Made by a program: the position numbers and the translations under genes
Shown here: positions 49,728-60,356 of the stretch, one piece after another
How the letters are laid out: each line of letters begins with the position of its first letter
Numbering within the stretch: the first letter of the stretch is position 1
The notes under the pieces: model-generated
What the model saw: only the letters and a program-made list of their open reading frames with translations
Told to the model about the DNA's origin: nothing
The model's database searches: none
NCBI GenBank assembly: GCA_963662465.1
Contig: OY759599.1
Coordinates: 3,424,001 to 3,488,000, forward strand
DNA from: Desulfatiglandales bacterium
GTDB taxonomy: Bacteria > Desulfobacterota > DSM-4660 > Desulfatiglandales > Desulfatiglandaceae
Reading direction: 5' to 3'
DNA length: 64,000 nucleotides

Positions 49728-52700
49728 ATGGCAACCCAGAAAAACGGCAGGAACTGGCCGATCATCAATCTGTTGGCTGCTCTTGTAGTTATAACATTCT
49801 CATTCGGGGCCTTTGAAAGTCAGGCCCTGCCGAACAAGGCAAATACCCTTGCTCCAGCTCAGACAGGTCTCAGCCAAACAGCCCCGCTTACGCATGGAAA
49901 CGGAAACAACGGTTCAGCCGGCGCCGAATGGGCACAGGGCCAGATCCTGGTGAAGTTCAGAACGGACAACCAGCCGCTGCGGGAAAAGCTCGAATCGTTT
50001 GAGGCAGTCCAGGCAAAGGCGCTTCTTCAAAAAACCGCTCAGGGGGCGGATGAACAGATCGTCACTTTTGGTGTTGAATCAATCGACTCCCTGAATAAAC
50101 GCCACAATGTCAGAGCCATGAAAAGGGTTTTCACCTCGGTAAAGGCCCGCATACTGAACAGCCAAACCCGATCTAAAGAGCAAGCGAAAAAACTCCCTGG
50201 CCTGTCCACCATATACCTGCTGAATGTTGCAAAAGACGCAGATATCCCCAGTGTTGTCGCCGAATACCAGCGGGACCCCAATGTGGTCTACGCCGAACCC
50301 AACTACATTTACCGCACTTTTGAAACCATCCCCAATGACCCGGATTTTGATCAGCAATGGGCACTGGAAAAAATCCAGGCCCCTGCCGCGTGGGACATCG
50401 AAACGGGAAGCCTTGATGTAGTCATCGCCATCATCGACACCGGCGTTGACTGGGACCACCCCGATCTGGCCGCCAATATCTGGATCAATCCAGGGGAGGA
50501 TCTGAACGGAAACGGTGTGGTCGATCCTGAAGAATTCAATGGCGTTGATGACGATGGGAACGGGTATGTAGATGATATCCGGGGCTATGATTTTGTCAGC
50601 ATCTCCTCGGATTCAGTCTATCCAGGCGAAGACCCTGGGCCGCCGGATAACGACCCCATGGATTTTGATGGACATGGAACCTTTTGTGCGGGAATTGCCG
50701 GTGCCGTGACGGATAATTCTATCGGGGTGGCTGGCACGGCTTGGAATTGTAAAATCATGACTGTGCGGGCCGGGTACAAGGGTATAAGCGGCGGAGGCTA
50801 TCTAAGTGTATCAGATACATCTGCTGGCATACATTATGCCGCATTAAACGGGGCGAATATCATCAGCATGTCTTTTGGCTCGCCTTTCCCATCAGATACT
50901 GAGCAGGATGTAATAGAATTCGCTCAATCCCTCGGATGCCTTTGCGTCGGTGCTGCTGGGAATGAGGGAGAGATTAGCAAAACCTACCCTTCTGCTTATG
51001 AAGATGTAATTGCAGTTGGGGCCACAGATACAAATGACCAAAAAGTGGGTTTTTCCAATTTCGGCATCTGGGTCGATGTTAGTGCTCCTGGTGTCAGCAT
51101 ATATAGTACATATGTTGATAATAGTTATGCATCTTTCTCAGGGACTTCAGCTTCAGCGCCCATTGTCGCCGGAGTTGCAGGACTGATATGGTCACTTCAC
51201 CCAAATTACTGCAATACAGAGGTAAGAGATATCATTGTTAGCACCATTGAACCGATCAATTCAGAACGATACATCGGCTCAGGGAGAACGAATGCCTACA
51301 AAGCGGTAACCAGTGAAAAAATGCCAACCGCTAAACTTTCTTCGCCTGAAGATCAGACGCTTTTAAAAGGTATTGTTCCGATAATTGGAAATGCCTGTGG
51401 AGAAAATTTCCAAAGCTACACGATTGAATATGGTCAGAGTACTATCTTAGAGGTTCCAACAGTGTGGATACCTATCCATTCATCGAGCATAGAAGTAACG
51501 AGCGGTGTCCTTGCAGAATGGGATGTAACTAACCTATCAGGCCTGTACCAATTAAGGCTTTCCGTTTGGAGCGCCTCCGGGCTCAAAATAGAACGACGGA
51601 TTGAAGTTATTGTGGACAACACTATTCGCGATGGGTGGCCTGTAAGAATTGATGATATCTACTCTTTCAACCCAGCAGTGGCTGATCTTGATGCCGATGG
51701 CCAAAATGAAATTGTTTGTTCGACAACAAACAAGCTGTATCTTTTCGATCCAGGCGGAAACATTTTGCCAGGTTTTCCTGTTATTATCGGGAAAGATGGA
51801 ACATCGATGGCCAGTAGCAGAGATTTCTTTCCTTCAATAGGTAACGTTGATGGAGACGCCAATCTTGAAATAGTCCTCGGATATGAAACCACGGATTTAT
51901 ACGACATTCAAAGAAGAGCCGTATATGTATTTAATAGTGATGGCTCCATCTTAGACGGTTGGCCTGTCGAGGTATGCGGCAATGCTCCCTGGGGTGCTAT
52001 AGCAATGTTCGACGTTGATAACGACGGCACACTGGAAATCATTTTCGGCTGCGGCAACCAGGTGTTTGTCTATAATGGGGATGGCTCTCCAGTGGATGGC
52101 TGGCCGCAGTCTGTTAACGGGTCTGCAGGTTATGTTTGCCCTGCGGTGGGCGATATCGACAATGACGGCATACCGGAAATTGTAGCCGTGCCTGAGGGGA
52201 ACACCGTGTACATCTGGCATAACGATGGTTCCTTTGCATTTGGCTGGCCGCAAGAAATGGAAGGTGGGTCAGGGCAGGACGTCTTAAAAACACCTGTAAT
52301 GGCAGATATCGACAAGGATGGTGGCATGGAAATCATAACTGCCTGCACAGGAAGTGATACATTTGGTCCTAAAGTCTATGTGTGGAATACCGACGGATCA
52401 ATGCAAGTAGGCTGGCCTCAGACTATCGGCCTGAACAACGGCGTAATCCATTCCGTAGTTGTTTCTGATGTCGATAATGACCCCGAACTTGAACTAATCT
52501 CTTGTGCTTATGGGTCTTTCACGCCAACAAGTCTGCCGAACGAAGATCAAGAACTGCGTATTTGGAACCATGATGGAACAACAGTTGATGGGTGGCCGAT
52601 TCAATATCTAGGACAGAAATCGTCTACTTTCGCTAAATCCATCTTAACGCCACCAATAGTTCTTGATATAGATGAAGACAGCGAACGGGAAATCATTGTG

Positions 52701-55700
52701 GCGATTGCGGAGACCACTGACGCTGCCACTTGTGGTTGTGATCGGCAATGTTGGCAAAGCCGATATCATGCCTTCAATCCAGATGGGACCGAATTACAGA
52801 GTGAGTGGCCCAAAGAGGTATTCGGTGCCTCTAAATTGCTTACGGCAGATATAGACCTTGATGGTTTCACCGAGATCTTGGGATATTCGGCAGTCAAACA
52901 GATTTGTGTGTGGGATTTAACTACTCCCTGGAATGAGAAACCCGATGATTGGCCAGTATACCGAAAAAACAACCAGCGTACTGGCTGTTATGCGACCGGA
53001 CCGGTTACATTCCCGGAAGCGTTGATTTCTTCCCCGAGAGAGGGCGACGTTATGGATGCACCTTTCGATATTATGGGTACGGCTAAAAATGCGGCATTCC
53101 GTGACTACAAAGTAGAATATGGTGAAGGGTATGAGCCTGCTTCCTGGACCCTGCTTAATTCATCCAACTTGCCGGTAAACAACGGTGTTATGGCAACGTT
53201 AGACACGACTGGATTCAAAGGGCTCTACACCATCCGGCTAACAGTCAATTCAGGCTCTGAAAATGAGAAAATGGCGATGGTGCATTTTTTTTCTCACATT
53301 TATCTGTCCGGGTGGCCGAAGTTTTTCGACTTGGAAACTTTTCCCCCGCTCATAGAAGACATCGATCACAATGGGAGTAACGAGTTGATTGTTCTGGCAG
53401 GAGAAAATCTGCACGTTTTTGATCACACCGGAGCTGAAAAAGCGGGCTGGCCGCAAAAAGCTCTCAGAACATCTTATGGGGGCATTACCGTAGGAGATAT
53501 CGATGCCAGCGGCAATAAAGAGATCGTATGTGTTGCCCGTGATAGCATATTTGCTTTTAGCTCAGAAGGGTCCATATTGCCTGGCTGGCCAGTTACCTTA
53601 CCAAGCTCTCAACGTAATGAGGATATGTGCCCCGTACTGGGCGATATAAATGGTGATGGATTCCTGGAAGTCATCCTGGCGACACTGGAACATCTCTATG
53701 TTTGGGAAAAGGACGGGAAAATTGCCTCTGGATGGCCTAAGCCCTTGAACAACAATCGTTTTTCCAGGCCTGCCGTAGGTGATGTGAATGCCGATGGCAC
53801 GCTGGAAATTGCGGTGAGCGATATGGACAACATATATGTATTCAAGGGAGATGGCACAGCCTTATCAGGGTGGCCCCAACATCACAACCTGTCAATATGG
53901 GGGCCGGGCAGGCCGTTAGTTCTTGGTGATCTTGATGGGGATGGTTGTTCAGAAATTATTGCTTACGAAAACTTATATGAGGATCAATTAGGTGTATGGC
54001 GCCATGACGGAACTAAAATCCGCAATATTAGCTCGCTGTCATCCGAAGAATTTTTGGTCGCCGATTTGGATAAGGACGGTGATTTGGAGATAGTGAGTGG
54101 TACTTACGGACTGTACGCATATCATCATACAGGAGAAAATGTAATGGGTTGGCCTGTTGAAATACATAATCTCAAAGGCAGGCCAGCCGTTGGCAACATT
54201 GACACTTCAGAAACCCCAGAAGCGGTCATGTGCGAATATATTGCCAATTACATGGAAAGTTATGTCCACGCATGGTCAAGCGCCGGGGAAGTCCTGAACG
54301 ACTGGGAGCTTCCCCGGAGAATTGACACTTGGAAATGTCGTATGCCTGTGATAGATGATTTGGATAATGATGGCGACGTGGAAATAGTCGTTACAGGCAT
54401 GGATGATCCGGGTGTCATTTATGTGTTTGATCTGGATGGGCTTTACAATGAGAACGAGATGGAATGGCCGATGTGGAATCATGACACCCACAACACATCC
54501 TGGTACGGGTATGAAAGCGTGAAACCGCAGGCCATCACAGACCTGTCCTTAATCCAAAGCGGGGATGATATCACGCTCCAGTGGTCACCTGTAGTGGATG
54601 ATACGGAGGGAAATCCCGAACAGCTTCGTCACTACAAAGTGTACAGAAGCACGAACCCCGCGTTTACCCCAACCAACTCCGATCTTCTTGATATTACCAC
54701 AGACAGTCAGTGCGTGGATGTTGGCGGCAATCTTGACAATTATTGCTATATAGTCAGAACTCTTGATAAATCCTGCAACCTGTCCCAGGTTTCGAATCGC
54801 GTGATGAATTTTGTTTCCATTGAGTTTTCGGCTGACAAGCGAGACACTGCTGTGGGAGAAGCCGTCCAATTCGCCGTTACTGTAGCAGGCGGCATTCCGC
54901 CTTTAACCTATGAATGGGACTTTGATAACGACGGCACCATTGACAGCACGGAGGAAAATCCCGGATATGCTTATGGGACGGCCGGCAATTACACAGTCTC
55001 GCTTACTGCAACCGATTCTGCCGGTAATAAAGATACGGTGACCAAAGTCGGCTACATAACCGTCATTGCCTCGGTAGTCTCATTTGAGGTCACCACCCAG
55101 CACTCGGGTACAGAGACTGCGGGCTATCCCTTCAGCGTCACGCTGACCGCAAAAGACGCTAATGGTAATACTGCAACCGGGTACGAAGGCGATCACAACA
55201 TAGCCTGGGTCTGGGCGGCAAGCAACTCGCCCAACGGCATATCTCCCACAAAGCCCACAGATGGGAATCAGACCTACACGGCAGGGGTTGCGACCATATC
55301 GGGATTCATCCTAACCAACTCTAATGAGACGCCGACCATAACGGCGACGGCCAAGGACGTGAGCGGCACGAGCGATCCGATAACCGTAAATAACGGCGCC
55401 CTTGACCATGTGAAAGTTGAGAGTGCAGCCGGAGGGACAGGGGCGGAGATCGATACCTACAGTATGACGGCGGACGAGGCCTTGACGGTCCACGCCATCG
55501 GGTACGATGCCTGGGGCAACTACCGGGAAGACGTTTCGGTCAACTGGTCGGGAACCGGCGTTTGCAGCGGGCATCTCAATCCCACCGACGGTACCTCCAC
55601 CACCACCTTCACGCCGGTAACTGCGGGTACGGGGACCATCCGGGCGGACCACGCAACGGCAGCAGATGATGCCACGGGCGAAGTTACGGTCACCGCAGGA

Positions 55701-58700
55701 GTGCTGGATCATATTGTGATCGAAGATGCCCCCGGCGGCACGGGAAACGCTGTGGACACGGTCATCATCAACACAGATCAGACTTATACAGTTTATGCAG
55801 TTGGATATGATGCCGAAGGCAATTACCTTGAGGATGTGCTGGTTACATGGTTGTGGACGTCTGGAGACTTTGATGCTGCTGACCTGAGTGAAACTGCCGC
55901 CACAGCCCTCACTATATTTGGTCCCAACAACCCGGGATCCGGCGTGCTGAAAGCTGATGACGGAGAAGGACACACCGACACGACGTCCACGTTCACCGCT
56001 ATTGATGTCAACACCGACCGCATCTATTCCTGCGGTTTTGAATTGAATTCCCTGACCGAACTGAGCGGAACGGGCGGAACCGGAACGGCGAATTTGATTG
56101 CCTCACATCGGCACGGCGCGGATTATGCGTTTGAAACCAGTAAGGCCACTGATCCCGGAGCGGCCTTTGGGGAAGTGCAGTATGCCGTGGACGATACGGC
56201 CGGGGAAGCCTCTTACTATTATCGATTTTACCTTTATGCAAATGAGAAAGTTTCCGAGTCTGGTGAGATCATTGCTTTAAACACTTCGGCCGGCGACGCC
56301 AAGGTCGGAATCCGGTTGAGTACTCTCAATGGACTTACACTTTACAATCTTGAAGATGGACACGCCATTGGCAATCCATCGTCTGAACTTTTGACAAATA
56401 CCTGGTACAGGGTTTCGCTTTCCTATAATGCCCGCACCAGAAACAACACTACGGTTTCCGCCCGAATCAACGGGACGCAGTTCGCCGGTGGAAGCATCGA
56501 TCTGGATGCGGCTCCGTCAAAAGCCCTCTTTGGCCTGGTTACGGCCAATACGGGGAGACTGTTCTGGGATGACCTTGCCATCAACCGGGAGACCTGGCCG
56601 GGGGATGGAATTATTCACATTCTAATGCCCGATGGAGCTGGTGATTTTACGGAATGGTCTCCCATGGGTGGTGATAATTATGAGGTGGTCAATGAAAGAC
56701 CACCCGATGACGACACGACTTATGTGAAGTCCATGTACAACTTTGCGGTCATCGATGATTACAACGTGACTAACTGGCCGGGCAATTCATCGGATACTCT
56801 GAACCTGATTCAAATCGGGGTGCGCTTTTCGGGGACGGAGAGTGCTTCAAACAGCTTCGCTGTGAGATGTAAGGCGGTCTCAGGAGGAACTGTTGCCCAA
56901 TCACCCAATGTGTTCACGCATTTCTCCGGATATAAAACCAATGACAGAGATACGAACAACTACCCCCTCACCTTGAGCAAAATACCCGGGACGGACGCTT
57001 TGTGGACCGGAGCGGATATCAACAGTGCACAAATCGGAATCATAGACACGGACACCGCGTTGGACGAATACCCCGTCAGTACCCTCTGGATGCTGGTGGA
57101 AACAACGGAAGGAACCAAACCGACGGTAACCGTCTCAGTATCCCCTGATCCCGCCAAAGCAGGAGTCGTCACGTTTGATCTAACATTTAATGAGGCCATG
57201 GACACCTCCGTTTCTCCCACGGTGAGCTTTGGAAAGGTTGATCCTTACAATCAGGAAACGGTCTCCGGGGCTTTCACTGACGCCAACCATTGGTGCGGTA
57301 CGGCTACTGTGGAGTCAGGTAATGATGGGACCAATACCATCAAAGTCTCCGCAGCCAAAGACCTGTCTGGAAATTCAATGAATGAAGACACCGCCAACAG
57401 CTTTGTGGTGGATTGCACAGTGCCCACCAAGGCTACCGTAACAACCCCGGTGGACAAAACCTATTATGAAACTTTGCCTGGGACTTTTGAAGGTTCGGTG
57501 GCCGACAATGCCGGAAGCGGTTTAGCTGAAAACTCAAGCGAATTCTATATCAAAGATGAAACAGCGAATAAATACTGGGACGGAGACAGCTGGGAAACAG
57601 CACAAACCTGGCTTTCCACAACCCATTCCTCCACAACCTATGAAACGTCTCAAAACTGGCAGGCCGACACAACATCCGTCTCCTGGACCGACGGTCATAT
57701 ATACACATCCTTGGCCAGAGCCACTGACCGGGCAGGGAACCGTTATGAAGGAAATGAAGCCACATTTTATTATGACGCTGCCGGAACAGGTTTTGTGGGT
57801 CATTTTGATTTTGCCACCATAGCCGGCCAGACCGCCGGAGCGGCCTTCGGGGTAACGGTTACGGCCAAAGATGCTGGCGGCAACAGGGTGACTACTTTCA
57901 CAGGTATCGCAGATCTCACGGACACGACCGATACTATCGTGCCTGCAACCACCGGATCCTTTTCATCCGGAACCTGGACCGGGAATGTTACCATCAGCAA
58001 GGCGCAAGAAGGTGTGGTCATTACAGCAAAAGAGGGCTCATCATCGGGTTCTAGTGCCGCATTTAACGTGAATTCCGCGAATGGACAGTTTTTCAGAATT
58101 ACCGGTAGCAGTTCAATGACGGCCGGCGGTTCAAAAGAACTCAGCCTTACAGCCTATGATAAACACGGCAATGTGGTCACCGGCTACACCGGCGACAAGA
58201 CGCTTGTGTTTTCTGGTGCAACGGCATCGCCCAATCCGCACGACCCCACCTGTTCGGAAAAGGACGGCACGGATGTCGTTTTTGGAAACAACACAGTGTT
58301 GACTTTTGCAAACGGCGTGAGCACCACCACCCTCAAACTATACAATGCCGAAACTGCAAACATCAAAGCCAGTGAAGGGGATGTAACCACCTCGGACGAG
58401 GATGACCTGGATGTTACCGTATCCCCGGGTACAAAAAACAAACTCCTGTGGGCCACCCAGCCGCCTTCAAGCGTGAAAGCGGGCGAAACCTGGACCGCCT
58501 TTAGCATTGAAATTACTGACCTCTACGGCAACCGGACCGCTGATACGGATGCGGTTACCATCGCCCCCTCATCGGGAACGTTGGACGGAACCCTGACCCA
58601 GGCGGCTGTTAGCGGCCTGGCAACATTTGATCACATCTCTTGTGGCGCCACCGGCAGCATTACATTGACCGGTTCGGCCAGCGGCCTTACGGACACACCG

Positions 58701-59882
58701 GCTTCCAATACTGTTGAAGTAACGGCCGGCGATGCGGCTTCCTTTGCGGTGGCAACCGAGCACTCGGGAACGGAAACCGCAGGGACCGCCTTCAGCGTGA
58801 CGCTGACGGCCAAAGATGTCAACGGCAACGCCACCCCCGACTACACGGGCGATAAAGCCATCACCTGGACCTGGACCGCCACAAACGCGCCCGCAGGTAC
58901 CTCCCCAACCAAACCGGCGGACGGGACCCGGACCTTCACAGCCGGGGTCTGCAAGGTGTCGGGATTTACCCTCACCAACTCGAGTGAAACCCCAACCATC
59001 ACTGCCACTGATGGCGCGGTGAGCGGGGCCAGTTCGGCCGTTACCGTCTATTATGGGCCATTGCACCACGTCCGGGTGGAAAGTGCCGCCCAGGGTGCCG
59101 GCAGTGAAATCAGCACCCACACCATGACGGCGGACGACACGCTGACAGTCTATGCCGCGGGATACGACGCCTTTGGCAACTACTGGGAAGATGTATCGGT
59201 GAATTGGTCCGGGGCAGGTGTGTGCAGTGGAAACCTCAACCCTACCAGCGGAAAATCTACAACCTTTACACCAGTTAAAGCAGGATCGGGTACTATTTCA
59301 GCAGATCATGCGGCGGCTTTGGATGACAGCACGGGCGAAGTGAGGGTTAATCCCGGCACCCTGGATCACATTGTGATCGAAGATGCCCCGGGCGGTACGG
59401 GCAGTGCCGTGGACACCCTCATCATCACCACGTTCCAGGACTACACGGTTTACGCGGTCGGTTATGATTCCGAAAACAATTACCTGAGAGACGTGGCGGT
59501 TAACTGGTCCTGGACGTCCGGGGATTTCGATGCTGGGGACCTTTCCGAAACCGGGCCGTCCACCAGTACTACGTTTACTCCTGACAATCCGGGTTCGGGT
59601 GTTCTTCATGCCGATGACGGAACGGGTCATGACGATAGCACGGGGAATCTTACAAGCACTGAAGAAACTGATTGCCCAGATTGTTCTGGAGACGATCCAA
59701 TTGTTCAAAATGTAATTTTTGAAGCCGGCATGAATTGTGATTGTGAAGGTAAGAATACTCTAACGATCGGGCCAGGCGTAGAGATCAAAAAAGATGCGAC
59801 CGTGAGATTTAAAGCGCCGAAAGTGACTATAAAAAGCGGTGTTAATGCCCATGAAGGTTCCACCGTGAGCATTCATCAGTAA
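49728..59882 (+). CDS. Giant secreted S8 subtilase with FG-GAP/VCBS repeats, PKD, Ig-like and LamG-like modules
   Basis: Signal peptide, propeptide (YAEPNY), triad IIDTG / GHGTFCAG / GTSASAP, oxyanion AAGN, many DxDxDGxxEI..GWP repeats, PKD YEWDFDNDG. Confidence 0.92.
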   Translation: MATQKNGRNWPIINLLAALVVITFSFGAFESQALPNKANTLAPAQTGLSQTAPLTHGNGNNGSAGAEWAQGQILVKFRTDNQPLREKLESFEAVQAKALLQKTAQGADEQIVTFGVESIDSLNKRHNVRAMKRVFTSVKARILNSQTRSKEQAKKLPGLSTIYLLNVAKDADIPSVVAEYQRDPNVVYAEPNYIYRTFETIPNDPDFDQQWALEKIQAPAAWDIETGSLDVVIAIIDTGVDWDHPDLAANIWINPGEDLNGNGVVDPEEFNGVDDDGNGYVDDIRGYDFVSISSDSVYPGEDPGPPDNDPMDFDGHGTFCAGIAGAVTDNSIGVAGTAWNCKIMTVRAGYKGISGGGYLSVSDTSAGIHYAALNGANIISMSFGSPFPSDTEQDVIEFAQSLGCLCVGAAGNEGEISKTYPSAYEDVIAVGATDTNDQKVGFSNFGIWVDVSAPGVSIYSTYVDNSYASFSGTSASAPIVAGVAGLIWSLHPNYCNTEVRDIIVSTIEPINSERYIGSGRTNAYKAVTSEKMPTAKLSSPEDQTLLKGIVPIIGNACGENFQSYTIEYGQSTILEVPTVWIPIHSSSIEVTSGVLAEWDVTNLSGLYQLRLSVWSASGLKIERRIEVIVDNTIRDGWPVRIDDIYSFNPAVADLDADGQNEIVCSTTNKLYLFDPGGNILPGFPVIIGKDGTSMASSRDFFPSIGNVDGDANLEIVLGYETTDLYDIQRRAVYVFNSDGSILDGWPVEVCGNAPWGAIAMFDVDNDGTLEIIFGCGNQVFVYNGDGSPVDGWPQSVNGSAGYVCPAVGDIDNDGIPEIVAVPEGNTVYIWHNDGSFAFGWPQEMEGGSGQDVLKTPVMADIDKDGGMEIITACTGSDTFGPKVYVWNTDGSMQVGWPQTIGLNNGVIHSVVVSDVDNDPELELISCAYGSFTPTSLPNEDQELRIWNHDGTTVDGWPIQYLGQKSSTFAKSILTPPIVLDIDEDSEREIIVAIAETTDAATCGCDRQCWQSRYHAFNPDGTELQSEWPKEVFGASKLLTADIDLDGFTEILGYSAVKQICVWDLTTPWNEKPDDWPVYRKNNQRTGCYATGPVTFPEALISSPREGDVMDAPFDIMGTAKNAAFRDYKVEYGEGYEPASWTLLNSSNLPVNNGVMATLDTTGFKGLYTIRLTVNSGSENEKMAMVHFFSHIYLSGWPKFFDLETFPPLIEDIDHNGSNELIVLAGENLHVFDHTGAEKAGWPQKALRTSYGGITVGDIDASGNKEIVCVARDSIFAFSSEGSILPGWPVTLPSSQRNEDMCPVLGDINGDGFLEVILATLEHLYVWEKDGKIASGWPKPLNNNRFSRPAVGDVNADGTLEIAVSDMDNIYVFKGDGTALSGWPQHHNLSIWGPGRPLVLGDLDGDGCSEIIAYENLYEDQLGVWRHDGTKIRNISSLSSEEFLVADLDKDGDLEIVSGTYGLYAYHHTGENVMGWPVEIHNLKGRPAVGNIDTSETPEAVMCEYIANYMESYVHAWSSAGEVLNDWELPRRIDTWKCRMPVIDDLDNDGDVEIVVTGMDDPGVIYVFDLDGLYNENEMEWPMWNHDTHNTSWYGYESVKPQAITDLSLIQSGDDITLQWSPVVDDTEGNPEQLRHYKVYRSTNPAFTPTNSDLLDITTDSQCVDVGGNLDNYCYIVRTLDKSCNLSQVSNRVMNFVSIEFSADKRDTAVGEAVQFAVTVAGGIPPLTYEWDFDNDGTIDSTEENPGYAYGTAGNYTVSLTATDSAGNKDTVTKVGYITVIASVVSFEVTTQHSGTETAGYPFSVTLTAKDANGNTATGYEGDHNIAWVWAASNSPNGISPTKPTDGNQTYTAGVATISGFILTNSNETPTITATAKDVSGTSDPITVNNGALDHVKVESAAGGTGAEIDTYSMTADEALTVHAIGYDAWGNYREDVSVNWSGTGVCSGHLNPTDGTSTTTFTPVTAGTGTIRADHATAADDATGEVTVTAGVLDHIVIEDAPGGTGNAVDTVIINTDQTYTVYAVGYDAEGNYLEDVLVTWLWTSGDFDAADLSETAATALTIFGPNNPGSGVLKADDGEGHTDTTSTFTAIDVNTDRIYSCGFELNSLTELSGTGGTGTANLIASHRHGADYAFETSKATDPGAAFGEVQYAVDDTAGEASYYYRFYLYANEKVSESGEIIALNTSAGDAKVGIRLSTLNGLTLYNLEDGHAIGNPSSELLTNTWYRVSLSYNARTRNNTTVSARINGTQFAGGSIDLDAAPSKALFGLVTANTGRLFWDDLAINRETWPGDGIIHILMPDGAGDFTEWSPMGGDNYEVVNERPPDDDTTYVKSMYNFAVIDDYNVTNWPGNSSDTLNLIQIGVRFSGTESASNSFAVRCKAVSGGTVAQSPNVFTHFSGYKTNDRDTNNYPLTLSKIPGTDALWTGADINSAQIGIIDTDTALDEYPVSTLWMLVETTEGTKPTVTVSVSPDPAKAGVVTFDLTFNEAMDTSVSPTVSFGKVDPYNQETVSGAFTDANHWCGTATVESGNDGTNTIKVSAAKDLSGNSMNEDTANSFVVDCTVPTKATVTTPVDKTYYETLPGTFEGSVADNAGSGLAENSSEFYIKDETANKYWDGDSWETAQTWLSTTHSSTTYETSQNWQADTTSVSWTDGHIYTSLARATDRAGNRYEGNEATFYYDAAGTGFVGHFDFATIAGQTAGAAFGVTVTAKDAGGNRVTTFTGIADLTDTTDTIVPATTGSFSSGTWTGNVTISKAQEGVVITAKEGSSSGSSAAFNVNSANGQFFRITGSSSMTAGGSKELSLTAYDKHGNVVTGYTGDKTLVFSGATASPNPHDPTCSEKDGTDVVFGNNTVLTFANGVSTTTLKLYNAETANIKASEGDVTTSDEDDLDVTVSPGTKNKLLWATQPPSSVKAGETWTAFSIEITDLYGNRTADTDAVTIAPSSGTLDGTLTQAAVSGLATFDHISCGATGSITLTGSASGLTDTPASNTVEVTAGDAASFAVATEHSGTETAGTAFSVTLTAKDVNGNATPDYTGDKAITWTWTATNAPAGTSPTKPADGTRTFTAGVCKVSGFTLTNSSETPTITATDGAVSGASSAVTVYYGPLHHVRVESAAQGAGSEISTHTMTADDTLTVYAAGYDAFGNYWEDVSVNWSGAGVCSGNLNPTSGKSTTFTPVKAGSGTISADHAAALDDSTGEVRVNPGTLDHIVIEDAPGGTGSAVDTLIITTFQDYTVYAVGYDSENNYLRDVAVNWSWTSGDFDAGDLSETGPSTSTTFTPDNPGSGVLHADDGTGHDDSTGNLTSTEETDCPDCSGDDPIVQNVIFEAGMNCDCEGKNTLTIGPGVEIKKDATVRFKAPKVTIKSGVNAHEGSTVSIHQ

Positions 59883-59926
59883 TAGCGACGGACTACCATA
59901 TATGGGGGGTTGCACTATCGGCCGAA

Positions 59927-60356
59927 GTCAATTACCACCGGCAGAGCCGGTGGCTTGAATTATTGCACCTGGAAGGTGCATAGTACGTGTTTAGCTAAAC
60001 AATTTGCCTTGGTGGGTCACAACATCGGCATCTTTATCTTTACTGCGTTGCCATTTTACATACTTTTTGATCCGTTCTTCATCCAAGCCTACCGTACTCA
60101 CACAATAGCCTCTAGACCACACGTGTTGTCCCCCAGTATTTTTTTCGCAGTTGGGGAAACCAGTCGAATAATTGCGGAGCCAGTTTACCCTATGATACTT
60201 ACATTCATACAAAGAATGTGCTAGTTTTTCGAATTGACGAGTCATTAATATACCTCCTGTTAGTTTCGCACCTTCCAGGTAGGTATATAATACTCGTCAT
60301 ATTCAATACACTGGTAGAACCATTTTTGGTTCCACTACCAGAGGTAGTGGTTTACC
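59927..60356 (-). mobile_element. Defective IS200-type element with an internally deleted tnpA (ORF 59991..60245)
   Basis: HSLYECKYH N-terminus and WSRGYCVSTVG..IKKYVKWQ C-terminus, but no HUH segment; subterminal hairpins CCACCGGC-AGA-GCCGGTGG (59935-53) and CCACTACC-AGA-GGTAGTGG (60332-50). Confidence 0.85.
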
